From the human T2T-CHM13v2.0 reference genome, Homo sapiens, in NCBI RefSeq assembly GCF_009914755.1, contig NC_060931.1: DNA of 64,000 nt; one strand, given 5' to 3'. The number at the start of each line of letters is the position of its first letter. Within the stretch, counting starts at the first letter, position 1. Below, piece after piece: positions 63,579 to 64,000 of this stretch. The notes under the pieces were generated by a model, which saw nothing but the letters and a program-made list of their open reading frames with translations, made no database searches and was not told where the DNA came from. The position numbers and the translations under genes were made by a program.

Positions 63579-64000
63579 TGAGACAGAATCTCGCTCTGTT
63601 GCCCAGGCTGGAGCACAGTGGTGCAGTCTCAGCTCAGTGCAACCTCTGCCTCCGGGTTTAAGTGATTCTCCTGCCTCAGCCTCCTGAGTAGCTGGGATCA
63701 CAGGTGCCTTCCACTATGCCCCGCTAATTTTTTGTATTTTTGGTAGAGACAGGGTTTCACCATGTTGGCCAGGCTGGTCTCTAACTTCTGACCTTGTGAT
63801 CTGCCCACCTCGGCCTCCTAAAGCGCTGGGATTACATGCATGAGCCATCACACCCGGCCTCCATTTTATTTTTGTTTTATTCACAAAGACCCCAATAACA
63901 ACTATTTTAATTTTTTGTTGGTTGGTTGGTTTGTTTTTGTGACGGAGTCTCCCTCTGTTGCCCAGGCTGGAGTGCAGTGGCGTGATCTTGGCTCACTGCA

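Overview
This is primate, almost certainly human, genomic DNA around the single-exon tight-junction gene CLDN3 (claudin-3; CDS 12264-12926, minus strand, inside a CpG island). From general knowledge it is 7q11.23 (Williams-Beuren interval) between ABHD11 and CLDN4, neither of whose coding sequence is in the window. CLDN3 is the only supportable protein-coding gene; nearly all other ORFs are Alu, SVA, L1 or low-complexity artefacts. The rest is extremely repeat-dense: roughly 100 or more Alu copies or fragments (by-eye estimate), a very young AluYb8, a full-length SVA, a two-LTR MER31-type provirus, a 5'-deleted MER41A provirus nested in a MER21 LTR, MST LTRs, and L1/L2/MIR remnants. No prokaryotic-type system, CRISPR array or RNA gene is visible. 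The most notable observations are these. (1) The MER31 5' LTR keeps its TATA box, has lost its poly(A) signal and is followed by a strong splice donor, so it looks like an alternative promoter and first exon pointing toward CLDN4. (2) Two ~250-500 bp stretches upstream of CLDN3 are inverted copies templated from several kb away, with microhomology junctions; one is a multi-jump FoSTeS/MMBIR-like scar, and several smaller template-switch scars also occur. (3) The CLDN3 5' leader carries a short uORF and a consensus splice donor. Repeat family names are from recalled consensus sequences and identities are by-eye alignments; both need RepeatMasker/BLAST confirmation.
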